In this document: piece after piece, positions 11,127-21,249 of the stretch
Layout of the letters: each line of letters opens with the position of its first letter
Position numbering within the stretch: the first letter of the stretch is position 1
From: Arenicellales bacterium
GTDB taxonomy: Bacteria; Pseudomonadota; Gammaproteobacteria; Arenicellales; JAJDZL01
Assembly (NCBI GenBank): GCA_965214615.1
Contig: OZ243952.1
Span: forward strand, 2,125,734-2,189,733
DNA: 64,000 bases
Direction of reading: 5' to 3'
Notes under the pieces: generated by a model
Told to the model about the DNA's origin: nothing
Seen by the model: only the letters and a program-made list of their open reading frames with translations
The model's database searches: none
Made by a program: the position numbers and the translations under genes

Positions 11127-12071
11127 ATGGTTTACGACAACGAATCCGCATTTACCGGAAGCAATAAGAACTGCATGGGGTTTGCCTCCACCTACGCAGG
11201 CGCGCTCAGCCTGTTTCGCCGCCCCTACAGCAAATCCGTCACAGACTCGGATCTGATAATCAGCGGAGTCCCGTTCGACCTTGCCGTAACCAACCGGCCT
11301 GGCGCGCGGTTCGGTCCGAGAGGCCTTCGAGCTGCATCATCGCACCTGTCATGGGACGGCGCTACCTGGCCTTGGAATATGGATCCGTTCAAAAAGCTGA
11401 TTGCCACGGACTACGGCGATTGCCCGGTGGATCATGGCGTCCCGGACAAGATACCCGGACAAATCAAATCCCATGCCGCGCACTTGCTAAGCGGTGGAGC
11501 CCGACTGCTTACGATGGGCGGCGATCACTTCATCGCCTATCCGATTCTCGATGCGATCCACGACCGGCATGGCCCGGTATCCCTCGTCCATCTAGACGCG
11601 CATAGCGACACCTGGGAAGAAAAGTCTGGTTACATCGATCATGGAACAATGTTCTACCACGCGGCTCAGCGGGGCCTTGTAATTCCAGAGCGATCCGTCC
11701 AAATCGGCTTGCGCACATGGAACAACCGCACACTGGGATTCAACATTTTTGACGCTCAGTACGTACACGAAAAAGGAGTTCAAGCCGTTATCGAACAAAC
11801 CCTGTCCATTGTCGGCACGAATAATGCCTATCTAAGTTTCGATATCGACTGCCTCGACCCCTCGGTTGCACCGGGAACCGGTACACCGGTTTGCGGTGGA
11901 CTTTCAATGTGGCAGGCGCAAAGCATCATTCGAGGACTGAGCGATATCAACTTTCTCGGCATGGACCTTGTTGAAGTTGCTCCGGCCTACGACGTTTCGG
12001 ACATTACAAGTCTTGCCGGAGCGCACCTGATGCTTGACTTCATCTGTCTGCTCGCTTCAAGAATGGATTGA
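11127..12071 (+). CDS. agmatinase / guanidino-acid hydrolase (ureohydrolase family)
   Basis: Arginase-fold Mn-binding motifs MGGDHFIAYP, HLDAHSDTW, SFDIDCLDP and GMDLVEVAP. 314 aa. Confidence 0.85.
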   Translation: MVYDNESAFTGSNKNCMGFASTYAGALSLFRRPYSKSVTDSDLIISGVPFDLAVTNRPGARFGPRGLRAASSHLSWDGATWPWNMDPFKKLIATDYGDCPVDHGVPDKIPGQIKSHAAHLLSGGARLLTMGGDHFIAYPILDAIHDRHGPVSLVHLDAHSDTWEEKSGYIDHGTMFYHAAQRGLVIPERSVQIGLRTWNNRTLGFNIFDAQYVHEKGVQAVIEQTLSIVGTNNAYLSFDIDCLDPSVAPGTGTPVCGGLSMWQAQSIIRGLSDINFLGMDLVEVAPAYDVSDITSLAGAHLMLDFICLLASRMD

Positions 12072-12224
12072 TTGCCGAGACTAGGGCTGCGAAAAGCCGC
12101 ACCATCAACAAAGATGGCATGTTGCGGCACCACATCGTTCGCCCGGTCGCCGCAATCGGATCTGACAGCGATTCGGGCTTAACAGCAGAATCTTGCCGAA
12201 GCCGCGAAGAACCGGTTGATGTTC

Positions 12225-13313
12225 CTAGCGACCGTTAGCCAGCCATTCGGCGAATCGGCGCTGCCTGATATTCTCGGTTCGGCTGTACCACTGAGGCTGC
12301 GAACGAATTGATGTCTCAAGATTGTCGGCATAGGTGGGCATATGCTCAAGCATCGGAATATTTGCCGTCTTGTGCAATCCGATTCGACCAATCGCAGAGT
12401 GCCGCGTAGGCCCGTACGGCTGCAATCTGGCAAACGCCGCCATGCTCTGGGTTCGCGTGACAAAGCCGATAAATTGCTGCGCCAAGTCCCGACGCGGAGA
12501 GGTTCTGCCTATCGCCCAGACGCTTGAATCGAGAAATTGCCCGTCGCGGATAATTGAAACCGGAACGCTTTCCTCCACCCTTGCGCTGAACAGCCTCCCG
12601 TAATAGCCCGATGACATCGCGACTTCGCCGCTTTTCAGCAGTTCAGTCGCCTCAGAGCCGGTCTCCCACCAAACAATGTGATCTCGAATCTGATCCAGCT
12701 TGCGGAAAGCCAATTTCATTCCGCGGTCGGTGCTTAGAAGATCGTAGATTTGAATGATCGGAATGTCATAGGAATAAAGCGCCCACTCCAATATCGCAAT
12801 CGGCTGACGGCGCAGGCCGCGTTTTCCAGGAAACCGTTCAATATCGAAAAAATCCTTGACCGCAGTCGGCTTTTCGTCCGGAAATGCCTGATCGTTGTAC
12901 GCCAGGACCGTCGAAAAGATCAAATGTTCAACACCGCAATTCAACAGCGATCCATCGAGGAAATCCTCATCCGCCGCAGTGCCATCCGGCGCAGGCGCAA
13001 GCGCCAAATGATTTAGTCGGTGCACCAGCCCGAGCTTGCAGGCAACCAGCGCATCAGATTTAGTCATGTCAAGCACATCCCAGGATTCGGCCTTCGCGGC
13101 TTCGGCATCCTGCAGCGGCTTGACTCCGCCGTTGTATTTCTTTAGGACAATTCGCGTATCGAATTCTTCGGAAAACGGTCCAATATAGGCTTCCAGCTGG
13201 TCAGATTCATAAGCGCCTCCCCAGGTTGTGACGACAAGCGAATCCGCCTGGTCCGCAAACCCATGAACAGACCAAAGCGCTGCAGCCGCAAGAATCAGCC
13301 TAAATCGAATCAT
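12225..13313 (-). CDS. periplasmic ABC-type substrate-binding protein, PotD/PotF (polyamine-type) family; no permease or ATPase genes adjacent
   Basis: Signal peptide MIRFRLILAAAALWSVHGFA followed by LVVTTWGGAYE, typical of family-1 polyamine/opine-type SBPs. 362 aa. Confidence 0.72.
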   Translation of the reverse strand: MIRFRLILAAAALWSVHGFADQADSLVVTTWGGAYESDQLEAYIGPFSEEFDTRIVLKKYNGGVKPLQDAEAAKAESWDVLDMTKSDALVACKLGLVHRLNHLALAPAPDGTAADEDFLDGSLLNCGVEHLIFSTVLAYNDQAFPDEKPTAVKDFFDIERFPGKRGLRRQPIAILEWALYSYDIPIIQIYDLLSTDRGMKLAFRKLDQIRDHIVWWETGSEATELLKSGEVAMSSGYYGRLFSARVEESVPVSIIRDGQFLDSSVWAIGRTSPRRDLAQQFIGFVTRTQSMAAFARLQPYGPTRHSAIGRIGLHKTANIPMLEHMPTYADNLETSIRSQPQWYSRTENIRQRRFAEWLANGR

Positions 13314-15069
13314 TTTCCTCCCTTCTCAATCGCTCAGAGTCATTCAAATAGGCGTCAATGATATTGCCCTCGGACACCACTCCGAGCAATCGCCCGTCGT
13401 CAACAGAAATGATCGGCACGAATACCCCGACAAAGTCTGTCATCCACTCCATCGCCCAGCGAATGCTCAAGGTGTCGTCAAATGCAAGCACATCGCGTTG
13501 CGTAACGGATTCAACGGTCTGCGACGGGTCTGCTTCGGTACAGTTCCTGACATGCACAACGCCGACGTACATATTGTCATCCTTGACTACCACACCTGTA
13601 GGAAATCCTGCCGATCTCAGTCTCGCCAATGCGTCTTCGACCGTGTCATCCTGGTGAATCGAAATAAAGTTGTCATGCATCAATTCAGTGATGCGGGAGA
13701 TCGAAAGAATCGCCGACAAGCGCCCCGAAGACAAATCATACCCGCGCGCTCCGAGCTGCAGGTCGTACAGCGAACGGCCGAACAGGCGATGAGAGATCAA
13801 GTTTGAAAACACCACGGCAACCATGGCGGCAATCACCAGGTCATAGTTTCGCGTCAACTCAAGAACGATCAGGATTGTCGTCAGCGGCGCTCCGATGACC
13901 GCGCTGGTAACCGCCATCATGCCGCTGATCGCATACGGAACCACCCCTGAATGAGCGATGATGTCAATATCGCCAAGGATGCTTCCGAACAGTGCGCCAA
14001 AGACAATCCCAATGAGCAGCACAGGGCTGAATGTTCCTCCGGCGAATCCGAATCCGAGACAAATAATGGTCAGGCCGAACTTTGCAACCAGAATCAAAGC
14101 CAGTTCGCTCGATTGAAAGGCGCCGTCAATGGTGGCAAAACGCAGCGTCTCTCTGCCCACGCCTAGAATTTCCGGCAATTGCAAGGCAACAAGCCCAAGT
14201 AGAAATCCGGCCGCCATAGGTCTGAGGGCAAACGGAATCGGACTTCTTCGGGCAAAGCTGGAAACAGCGGTAAGCAAGCGAACGAACAGCGTAGCCACGA
14301 ACGCCGCCATTACTCCAATCAAGGCAAACAGCAAATACTCGTGCTGATGCTCGACACCGTCGAAATGAACCGTAAAAAGCGGCGGCCGCTCAAAGATGAC
14401 GCTGGCGATCACATAGCCGATCGCAGCGGCAAGCGCGGTCGGGGCGAACGCGCGTATCGCATAATGCCGCAAAACGACTTCATGGGCGAAAATCATTCCC
14501 GCAAGCGGCGCATTGAACGCCGTTGCAATGGCCGCTGCGATGCCCGCGGAAATTCCGATCGAACGGATTTCCGGGATATCCAGCTTCATTCGGTCAATAA
14601 ACGACCCGATGATGGTACCAAGATAGACAATCGGTCCATACTGACCGACCGACGCGCCGACACCGAGGGAGACAATCGATGCCAGAGTTGAAATCAGGCC
14701 GTCTTTGGCAGTTGCAGGCACCGTGCGAAATTGAACCGCATGAATTGAATCTGCCGGCCCAAGATTGCGCCTGCTTTCCGACCAGAATTTGAACAATAGT
14801 CCCACGATGAGCCCGCCCAAGGCCGGCACAAGAACCGTTGCAGCAGAGAGCAGAACCGGACTGTCTCCGTATTGAAATCGAATCTTCGACGATACAAGCA
14901 GCAAGTCGTTCAAAAAGAACACGCTCTCGACAAATCCAATCGTGCAGATTGACACAAGAACGCCGATGATTGCGCTCAATATCGTTAAGACAACAATTCT
15001 ATAGGCGACAGCGCCGAGTTCAGACAGTTGAATTGCGGAAAACTTCATCTCCGACTGTGTATACCACAT
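13300..15069 (-). CDS. ClC-family chloride channel / H+-Cl- exchanger with C-terminal CBS pair
   Basis: ClC filter-type motifs GVGASVGQYGP, GIAAAIATAFNAPLAGMIFAHEV and GGTFSPVL across a polytopic hydrophobic core, followed by about 140 aa of CBS-like repeats. Confidence 0.85.
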   Translation of the reverse strand: MWYTQSEMKFSAIQLSELGAVAYRIVVLTILSAIIGVLVSICTIGFVESVFFLNDLLLVSSKIRFQYGDSPVLLSAATVLVPALGGLIVGLLFKFWSESRRNLGPADSIHAVQFRTVPATAKDGLISTLASIVSLGVGASVGQYGPIVYLGTIIGSFIDRMKLDIPEIRSIGISAGIAAAIATAFNAPLAGMIFAHEVVLRHYAIRAFAPTALAAAIGYVIASVIFERPPLFTVHFDGVEHQHEYLLFALIGVMAAFVATLFVRLLTAVSSFARRSPIPFALRPMAAGFLLGLVALQLPEILGVGRETLRFATIDGAFQSSELALILVAKFGLTIICLGFGFAGGTFSPVLLIGIVFGALFGSILGDIDIIAHSGVVPYAISGMMAVTSAVIGAPLTTILIVLELTRNYDLVIAAMVAVVFSNLISHRLFGRSLYDLQLGARGYDLSSGRLSAILSISRITELMHDNFISIHQDDTVEDALARLRSAGFPTGVVVKDDNMYVGVVHVRNCTEADPSQTVESVTQRDVLAFDDTLSIRWAMEWMTDFVGVFVPIISVDDGRLLGVVSEGNIIDAYLNDSERLRREENDSI

Positions 15070-15141
15070 TCCCGTAACAGGTGTGATAAGCGGTCCGCAG
15101 TTGACCTCGAAGTGTCGTGCGATTCATTCATGGGACTATGC

Positions 15142-15188
15142 AAAAAAGCGATGCCGGACAGCATTCAGCTACCTGACATCGCTTTTTA
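15142..15188. terminator. possible bidirectional terminator after etfA (weak)
   Basis: A6-GCGATG...CATCGC-T5. The stem is only 6 bp with a 24-nt loop, so this is a weak call. Confidence 0.3.
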
Positions 15189-15235
15189 CTTGCAAGACGA
15201 GGCGAGGCGCAGCCGGAAGGCGCCTGCCGCAGGCA

Positions 15236-16171
15236 TCATTCGAGTGCGGCTTCCAGCTCTGGAACCGCGGTGAAAAGATCGGCAACCCAGCCGTAGTCGG
15301 CAACCTGAAATATCGGCGCGTCTTCGTCCTTGTTGATGGCGACGATCACCTTCGAATCCTTCATTCCAGCCAGATGCTGGATCGCTCCCGAGATTCCTAC
15401 AGCAATATACAGGTCGGGCGCAACAACCTTGCCGGTCTGACCGACCTGATAATCGTTCGGGACGTATCCGGCATCCACTGCGGCGCGGGACGCGCCGACA
15501 GCAGCGCCCAGCTTGTCGGCAATCTTCTCGAGCATGCTGAAGTTGTCTCCGCTTTGCATTCCGCGTCCGCCAGAAATTACGATGCCCGCGGTCGTTAATT
15601 CCGGCCGCTCGCTGCGCGTCAGGTCATGCTTGACAAATTTTGAAAGACCCTTGTCGCCGCCAATCGACAGTTGCTCGACTTCAGCGCTGCCGCCCTCATC
15701 CTGGGCAGGATCGAACGCCGTGGTCCGTACCGTGACAAACTTGACCGCATCGCAAGACCGCACTTTGGCAAATGCGTTGCCCGCATAAATCGGTCGCACG
15801 AATGTGTCTTCGCTCGCAATTTCGGTAATATCGGAAATCTGTTGCACATCAAGCAAAGCTGCGGCATGCGGCATGATGTTCTTGCCGTAGGTTGTTGCCG
15901 GAGCCAGAATGTGCGTATACGACTTTGCGACTTCAGCCAATGCCGGCGCCACGTTTTCAACCAGGCCGTACTCAAATTCTGCAGAATCGATCGCAAGTAC
16001 TTTGCGTATTCCCGAAATCCTGGCCGCGGCTTCGGCGACAGCCGAGCAGCCGGAGCCGATGACAATGCCGTCAGCATCGCCGCCGATACGCTGCGCAGCA
16101 GCGACGGTGTTCAAAGTTGACGCCTTGACAGTTTCGTTGTCGTGTTCGATTAGTACCAGAGTCTGCATCAC
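15236..16171 (-). CDS. etfA: electron transfer flavoprotein alpha subunit
   Basis: C-terminal FAD-binding block [37 protein letters not shown]. 311 aa. The start overlaps the etfB stop by 4 nt. Confidence 0.93.
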   Translation of the reverse strand: MMQTLVLIEHDNETVKASTLNTVAAAQRIGGDADGIVIGSGCSAVAEAAARISGIRKVLAIDSAEFEYGLVENVAPALAEVAKSYTHILAPATTYGKNIMPHAAALLDVQQISDITEIASEDTFVRPIYAGNAFAKVRSCDAVKFVTVRTTAFDPAQDEGGSAEVEQLSIGGDKGLSKFVKHDLTRSERPELTTAGIVISGGRGMQSGDNFSMLEKIADKLGAAVGASRAAVDAGYVPNDYQVGQTGKVVAPDLYIAVGISGAIQHLAGMKDSKVIVAINKDEDAPIFQVADYGWVADLFTAVPELEAALE

Positions 16172-16917
16172 AGCACCTTTGCCTCTTCAGTCAGTTTTTC
16201 GATCAGTTCCGCTGCACTCGCAACTTTCACGCCGGCCGCCCGCGTTGGCGGGTCGACCACTTCCAGAACCGTAACCCGAGGCGTCACATCGACACCCAGG
16301 TCTTCCGGAGTGAACGTTTCAATCGGCTTGCGCCGCGCCTTCATGATGTTGGGCAGCGAAGCATAGCGCGGCTCATTCAAGCGCAAATCCACCGTCAATA
16401 TCGCCGGCCGTGTCAGCTCGACTGTCTCAAGTCCGCCGTCCACTTCACGCACTACGCCAACCGAATCATCCGAAATATCAATCTTCGAAACAAACGTGCC
16501 CAAAGACCACCCGAGCAATGCGGCAAGCATCTGCCCGGTCTGGTTGTTGTCGTTGTCAACCGCCTGCTTGCCCATAATCACCAGGCCCGGCTGCTCCTTT
16601 TCGATGATCGCCTGCAGCAGCTTGGCCACCGCAAGAGGCTCGGCCGATGCGTCTGCACTGATCAGCACGCCGCGGTCGGCGCCCATGGCCAGTCCGGTGC
16701 GAAGCGTTTCCTGGCTTTGCTGCGGGCCGACCGATACGACAATGATTTCCTCGACGCTTCCTGCCTCGCGCATGCGAATCGCCTCTTCGACAGCAATTTC
16801 GCAGAACGGGTTCATCGCCATCTTGACGTTGTTCAACTCAACGCCGCTTTGATCAGGTTTGACCCTGACCTTGATATTCGCGTCAATAACGCGTTTTACT
16901 GGAACGACAACTTTCAT
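16168..16917 (-). CDS. etfB: electron transfer flavoprotein beta subunit
   Basis: [21 protein letters not shown]-terminus and [24 protein letters not shown] block. 249 aa. Confidence 0.93.
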   Translation of the reverse strand: MKVVVPVKRVIDANIKVRVKPDQSGVELNNVKMAMNPFCEIAVEEAIRMREAGSVEEIIVVSVGPQQSQETLRTGLAMGADRGVLISADASAEPLAVAKLLQAIIEKEQPGLVIMGKQAVDNDNNQTGQMLAALLGWSLGTFVSKIDISDDSVGVVREVDGGLETVELTRPAILTVDLRLNEPRYASLPNIMKARRKPIETFTPEDLGVDVTPRVTVLEVVDPPTRAAGVKVASAAELIEKLTEEAKVL

Positions 16918-16959
16918 TCCGGGTCCTCAGAACAGTTAATTGGTTGGTTAAGTGACGGA

Positions 16960-19413
16960 TTAGGCTCTAATCCTTTCATTCGACGGATCATGCGGCGAGT
17001 TCTGTATCACAGTGCACGGATACAGATCACCGAGAATTTCGATTTCCAAGCGGGTTCCGACTGCGCCGCAGCCGGTTCGCACATAGCCGATCGCCAGGCT
17101 CTGTCCAAGATAATGGCCATAGGATCCGGCAGTCGCCCTGCCGACCATTTCCCCGTTCAGCCATAGCGGCTCGTTGCCAAGCGGGTCGGCATCGCCGATG
17201 TTTTCGACCGATACCGTTACAAACTCCTGAGGAACCCCTTCCTCCATCTGCCTACGCAACGCATCGCGGCCGATAAATTCACCCTTTTCCATGTGCACAA
17301 AGTGATTCAGGCCCGCTTCAAGAATCGTATACTCGCGCGTCAGATCCTGACCCCACATTCGATACGACTTCTCAATCCGAAGCGAATCCATCGCCCGCAT
17401 CCCGCACTGGCCGATATTGTACTCCTGCCCCGCATCCATGAGCCGATCAAAAATATGCCTTTGATACTCGATCGGATGGTGCAGCTCCCAGCCCAGTTCA
17501 CCCACAAAACTGACCCGCAATGCGGTCGCCTGCGCGCCCCCGACATTGATATTCCGGCCGGTCAGCCACTTGAAGCTGTCATTGGACAAATCCGTCCGGG
17601 TGACCTTCTGCAACACTTTGCGAGAATTCGGGCCAGCAATGACCAGCGTCCCGTACTGGGTTGTATCGTTCGAAAGAACAACCGATTTGTCATTCGGCAA
17701 GTGTCTTAGCAAGTAGCTGCAGTCAAAGCGTTCCGCCGCGCCTGAACTGACCAGGTAAAACGACCCGTCATCATTGAGCGTGATGGTGAATTCGCTACGA
17801 ACGCCGCCATACCGGGTCAGGGCGTGAGCCAGTTGAACCCTGCCGGGCGTTACAGGCAGCTTGCGCGCAACCAGGCGGTCCAGAAAGTCTCTGGCTCCTG
17901 ATCCGGAAACATGAACCTTGGTAAAGCTTGTGATATCAATCAGTCCGACGTTGTTGCGGATATTGTTATGCTCGTTGCCGACATGCTCGAAATACTTCGA
18001 CCTGCGGAAACTCCAGTCATCCACCGCATCAACTCCTTCGGGAGCGAACCAGTTCGGGCGCTCCCAGCCGTAGCGCTGACCCCATACTGCTCCCAGAGCA
18101 TTGAGCTTGTCATGAATCGGGCTGGTTTTCACCGGACGTGCGGCCGGACGCTCCTCGTCGGGATAGTGAATGGTGAATACGTTCTCGTACGCCTCCTCGT
18201 TCTTGTCAATCAGGTATTGCCCCTGCGCATAGTCGCCGTAGCGCCTCGGGTCTACTGCAAGCAAATCAATGCCGGGTTCGCCTTCGACGATCCACTCGGC
18301 CAACTGCCAGCCTGCTCCGCCCGCAGCTGTCACTCCGAAGCTGTGACCTTCATTAAGCCACACGTTCCGCAGTCCCCACGCCGGACCGATGAGCGGACTG
18401 CCGTCCGGGGTGTAGGCGATCGGTCCATTGACGATGTCCTTGATGCCGGAAGCTGCAAACGACGGCACGCGTTTCAAACAGGCTTCGACATGGGGCATCA
18501 ACCGGTCCAGATCACCGGGAAACAAATCCTTTTCAAATGTGTCCGGCACGCCGTCGGCAAACACTGCCGGCGCGCCTTTTTCGTACGGACCCAGGATCCA
18601 GCCGAGGCGCTCCTCGCGAAAATAGTAGGAAGCGTCGGATTCGCGCAGCACCGCAAGTTCCCTGCCCCCGGCTTCGCGGTACGCCTTCAATTCCTCGCAT
18701 ACGTCGGTAACGATGTACTGATGCTGAACCGGTATCGACGGTATTGAAATGCCGAGAAGATCGGCGGTCGCCTGGCTGTAGTTGCCCGTAGCGCACACTA
18801 CATGCTCGCACCGAATGGTGCCGTTGGTTGTCTCGATGATCCACTCGCCGGACTTCGACCTGGTCAGGCCGGTCGCTTCGGTATGCTGATGGATCGTCGC
18901 TCCGTTATCGCGCGCTCCCCGAGCGAGCGCATTGGTCAGATCTACCGGCGCGATGTGCCCGTCATCCGGGTGGTACAGCGCCCCGACCAGACCGTCGGTT
19001 TCGCAAAGCGGCCACAGTTCCTTGACCTGCGAAGGCGTGATCATCTCGAACGGCACGCCTATGGTGTTGGCGGTTCCGCAGTACTTGCGGTATTCGTCCA
19101 TCCGGTCGCGAGTGCAGGCGAGACGCAAATTGCCTGTCACATGAAAGCCGACATCCTGTCCGGTTTCGGCCTCAAGCGACTTGTACAAATCGACCGAATA
19201 CTTGTGCAATTGCCCCACTGCATAGCTCATGTTGAAAAGCGGGAGCAATCCGGCCGCATGCCATGTCGAGCCTGCAGTCAGCTCAGTACGCTCCAGCAGG
19301 ACCGAATCGCTCCAGCCCTTCTTGGCCAAATGATAAAGCGTGCTGACTCCGACGACTCCGCCGCCGATCACCACCGCCCTAGCGTAACTTTGCATATCCT
19401 GCCACCACGTCAA
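16960..19413 (-). CDS. dimethylglycine/sarcosine dehydrogenase family protein (FAD oxidoreductase fused to a GcvT-like folate-binding domain)
   Basis: N-terminal Rossmann motif VVIGGGVVGVSTLYHLAKKG (DAO family) plus about 400 aa of aminomethyltransferase-like C-terminus. 817 aa. Sits in an operon with etfBA. Confidence 0.87.
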   Translation of the reverse strand: MTWWQDMQSYARAVVIGGGVVGVSTLYHLAKKGWSDSVLLERTELTAGSTWHAAGLLPLFNMSYAVGQLHKYSVDLYKSLEAETGQDVGFHVTGNLRLACTRDRMDEYRKYCGTANTIGVPFEMITPSQVKELWPLCETDGLVGALYHPDDGHIAPVDLTNALARGARDNGATIHQHTEATGLTRSKSGEWIIETTNGTIRCEHVVCATGNYSQATADLLGISIPSIPVQHQYIVTDVCEELKAYREAGGRELAVLRESDASYYFREERLGWILGPYEKGAPAVFADGVPDTFEKDLFPGDLDRLMPHVEACLKRVPSFAASGIKDIVNGPIAYTPDGSPLIGPAWGLRNVWLNEGHSFGVTAAGGAGWQLAEWIVEGEPGIDLLAVDPRRYGDYAQGQYLIDKNEEAYENVFTIHYPDEERPAARPVKTSPIHDKLNALGAVWGQRYGWERPNWFAPEGVDAVDDWSFRRSKYFEHVGNEHNNIRNNVGLIDITSFTKVHVSGSGARDFLDRLVARKLPVTPGRVQLAHALTRYGGVRSEFTITLNDDGSFYLVSSGAAERFDCSYLLRHLPNDKSVVLSNDTTQYGTLVIAGPNSRKVLQKVTRTDLSNDSFKWLTGRNINVGGAQATALRVSFVGELGWELHHPIEYQRHIFDRLMDAGQEYNIGQCGMRAMDSLRIEKSYRMWGQDLTREYTILEAGLNHFVHMEKGEFIGRDALRRQMEEGVPQEFVTVSVENIGDADPLGNEPLWLNGEMVGRATAGSYGHYLGQSLAIGYVRTGCGAVGTRLEIEILGDLYPCTVIQNSPHDPSNERIRA

Positions 19414-19551
19414 TTCAAACTGTATCGGTCACGCCCGGCTCCGATTCAAACCGGTGCGAAAGAACTCTATTTTTGAGCAACGCGCCAGTTGCTCGCACAA
19501 AGAAACTGCATTGTAATTTAATTGCATATTCTATCAATTAACAATTTCATT

Positions 19552-20164
19552 TTAATGCAAGTCGCGCGACCTTTGCTCGCGCCGAAGCGACTTTTCAAGC
19601 ATGTGTTTCTTATTGCGGTGCGCCATAGTGTATTTACCGCCCTTGCGCGAGTATCCGGCACTGAACCCGACCGAGATCCACCCTGCAGCGTCGAACATGT
19701 GCCCTCGGTGGCGCAACGGATCGACAAAGGTCTCGGCAAGCACAAGCGGATGGCCGTACGCCTCGTGCCAGTCGGCGCTCAGGCGCGCGGCGATGCACTT
19801 GAGCACATGAGATTCCAGATTTGGATGAGCGCCCGGTTTGTCGAGCATTGCAAACCGCGTTTTGTTGGCAGTCAGATGCAGCGGGTTCCACTGCTGGTCG
19901 GACGTCCAGCGGACCCACTTGTGGCGCGGCGCACTTGAACGCGCCGGTCTGCCATCCGCTCAGGCACAGCCACTTGCCGTGACGCTCGGCAATGTAGTGC
20001 AGCCCGCGTCCGGCAAAGCGCTTGAGTCCAAGATCGTGGTGACGCACCATCAACTCGTCCCATTTGCCATACTCGTGCGGCTTTGCAAGACGCACGAGCA
20101 CCTCGCCGGCACGGATTCCGTGCGCGCGATATCGCTCCTGACTTAGACCATGTCCATGGCGCAC
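19552..20164 (-). pseudogene. DUF4338-like gene interrupted by a single frameshift
   Basis: Two overlapping minus-strand ORFs (19634..20164 and 19552..19848) together read like one DUF4338 protein: ...GKWDELMVRHHDLGLKRFAGRGLHYIAERHGKWLCLSGWQTGAFKCAA | (R)HKWVRWTSDQQWNPLHLTANKTRFAMLDKPGAHPNL...YGHPLVLAETFVDP. The frame changes near 19925-19932. Confidence 0.7.
19994..20110. repeat. direct repeat copy 1 (117 nt, DUF4338 5' region)
   Basis: Matches 21133-21249 at a constant offset of 1139 nt. I counted 7 mismatches in 117 nt. Confidence 0.9.
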
Positions 20165-20590
20165 AGATATGCATCATTGGAACGAAAAAAGCCGCCCCGG
20201 ATGCAAATGAATGTTTCCAAGCGACTATTTACGCATGTCAATTAGCGTGGGAAAGTTCTGTCGCTCCGGTCTTGCACGACAACCGAGAACCAATTGACAC
20301 CCTTTTTCCTCTTGTGGCGATCTGATCTGAACCGGAACACACGTTGAACAGTGTGCAGAACTAATGGAAGATGCTCTGCATGATCAACCGCAAGGCAGCC
20401 AGCGGCACGGAACAAGGATGCGCAATGCGAGACGTGAAGCAGGCAATCGAGCGGCAGATGAAGATTTCTTTGGTCGATGCGTCGATGCGTTGTAACTTGA
20501 CGGACGCATAATTCAGCATGAACGCAGCCCGCAAGCCCATCCGTGCGGCTGAAAATGGCGAAAATGGACACCGAAACTCGAGTTAATTAG

Positions 20591-20812
20591 TCATCTCTCA
20601 AATTTCGAGCGTGGAAGACCGGATTGCCGAATAATTGACATCAATGTACCGCGCCGTATTTCATTGTGATTGGGCACCGGAACAGTGGTTGTTTCCTCGC
20701 CATCAACTTTTTGCATCACGATATGGCTGCCCTTCTGCCTTACCTCTACAAATCCGTGAAACGCTAGTATACGACAGACATCACGACCCGAAAGTACTTT
20801 GAGCCTAGCCAA
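20591..20812 (-). CDS. hicA: HicA-family mRNA interferase toxin
   Basis: KVLSGRDVCRILAFHGFVEVRQKGSHIVMQK...TVPVPNHNEIRRGTLMSIIRQSGL is the HicA/YcfA pattern. The start is taken as TTG 20812, overlapping the hicB stop (TTGGCTAG). An in-frame ATG at 20845 is the alternative. Confidence 0.8.
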   Translation of the reverse strand: MARLKVLSGRDVCRILAFHGFVEVRQKGSHIVMQKVDGEETTTVPVPNHNEIRRGTLMSIIRQSGLPRSKFER

Positions 20813-21026
20813 CAGCGACTTCAATATTGTTGACGTACACCTCATCAGTCAGACGCTTGTTGATTTCCCCGGCAGAAGCAGTCTCAAAAAACAAGGTAAG
20901 CGCTTCAACTAGATTTTCTCGCGCTTCGGCAACAGTAGTGCCTTGGCTGGCAACGTTCAATTCTGGACATAAAGAAACATATCCATCGCCTTCGCGTTCG
21001 ACTATAGCCGTGAAACGTCTATTCAT
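20805..21026 (-). CDS. hicB: short HicB-like antitoxin (UPF0150-type, no DNA-binding domain)
   Basis: FTAIVEREGDGYVSLCPELNVASQGTTVAEARENLVEALTLFFE matches the HicB N-terminal fold pattern. 73 aa. Lies immediately upstream of hicA and overlaps it. Confidence 0.75.
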   Translation of the reverse strand: MNRRFTAIVEREGDGYVSLCPELNVASQGTTVAEARENLVEALTLFFETASAGEINKRLTDEVYVNNIEVAVG

Positions 21027-21132
21027 TCTGTTTATCCCTCAAAATATTTGCTCGCAAACGTGGTCAAAACATACCAGTTGATTTGTCACTTTCATTATGT
21101 ATATACGATATTGGCGGGAATTTTTGCAAAAA

Positions 21133-21249
21133 GTAGCGCAGCCCGCGTCCGGCAAAGCGCTTGAATCCAAAATCGTGGTGACGCACCATCAACTCGTTCC
21201 ATTTGCCACACTCGTGCGGCTTTGCAAGACGCACCACCACCTCGCCGGG
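21133..21249. repeat. direct repeat copy 2 (117 nt, DUF4338 5' region)
   Basis: See copy 1 (19994-20110). Confidence 0.9.

Noticed and set aside
10858-11256. 132-aa ORF upstream of and overlapping the agmatinase-family gene.
   Set aside because: It overlaps the well-supported agmatinase start region in another frame and has no recognisable family features. It more likely falls in the promoter / 5' leader region.
20242-20571. 109-aa minus-strand ORF, plus small plus-strand ORFs (about 43-46 codons), in the spacer carried with hicBA.
   Set aside because: No motifs, no obvious SD, and Cys/His/Arg-rich improbable composition. I cannot support a gene call from the sequence alone.
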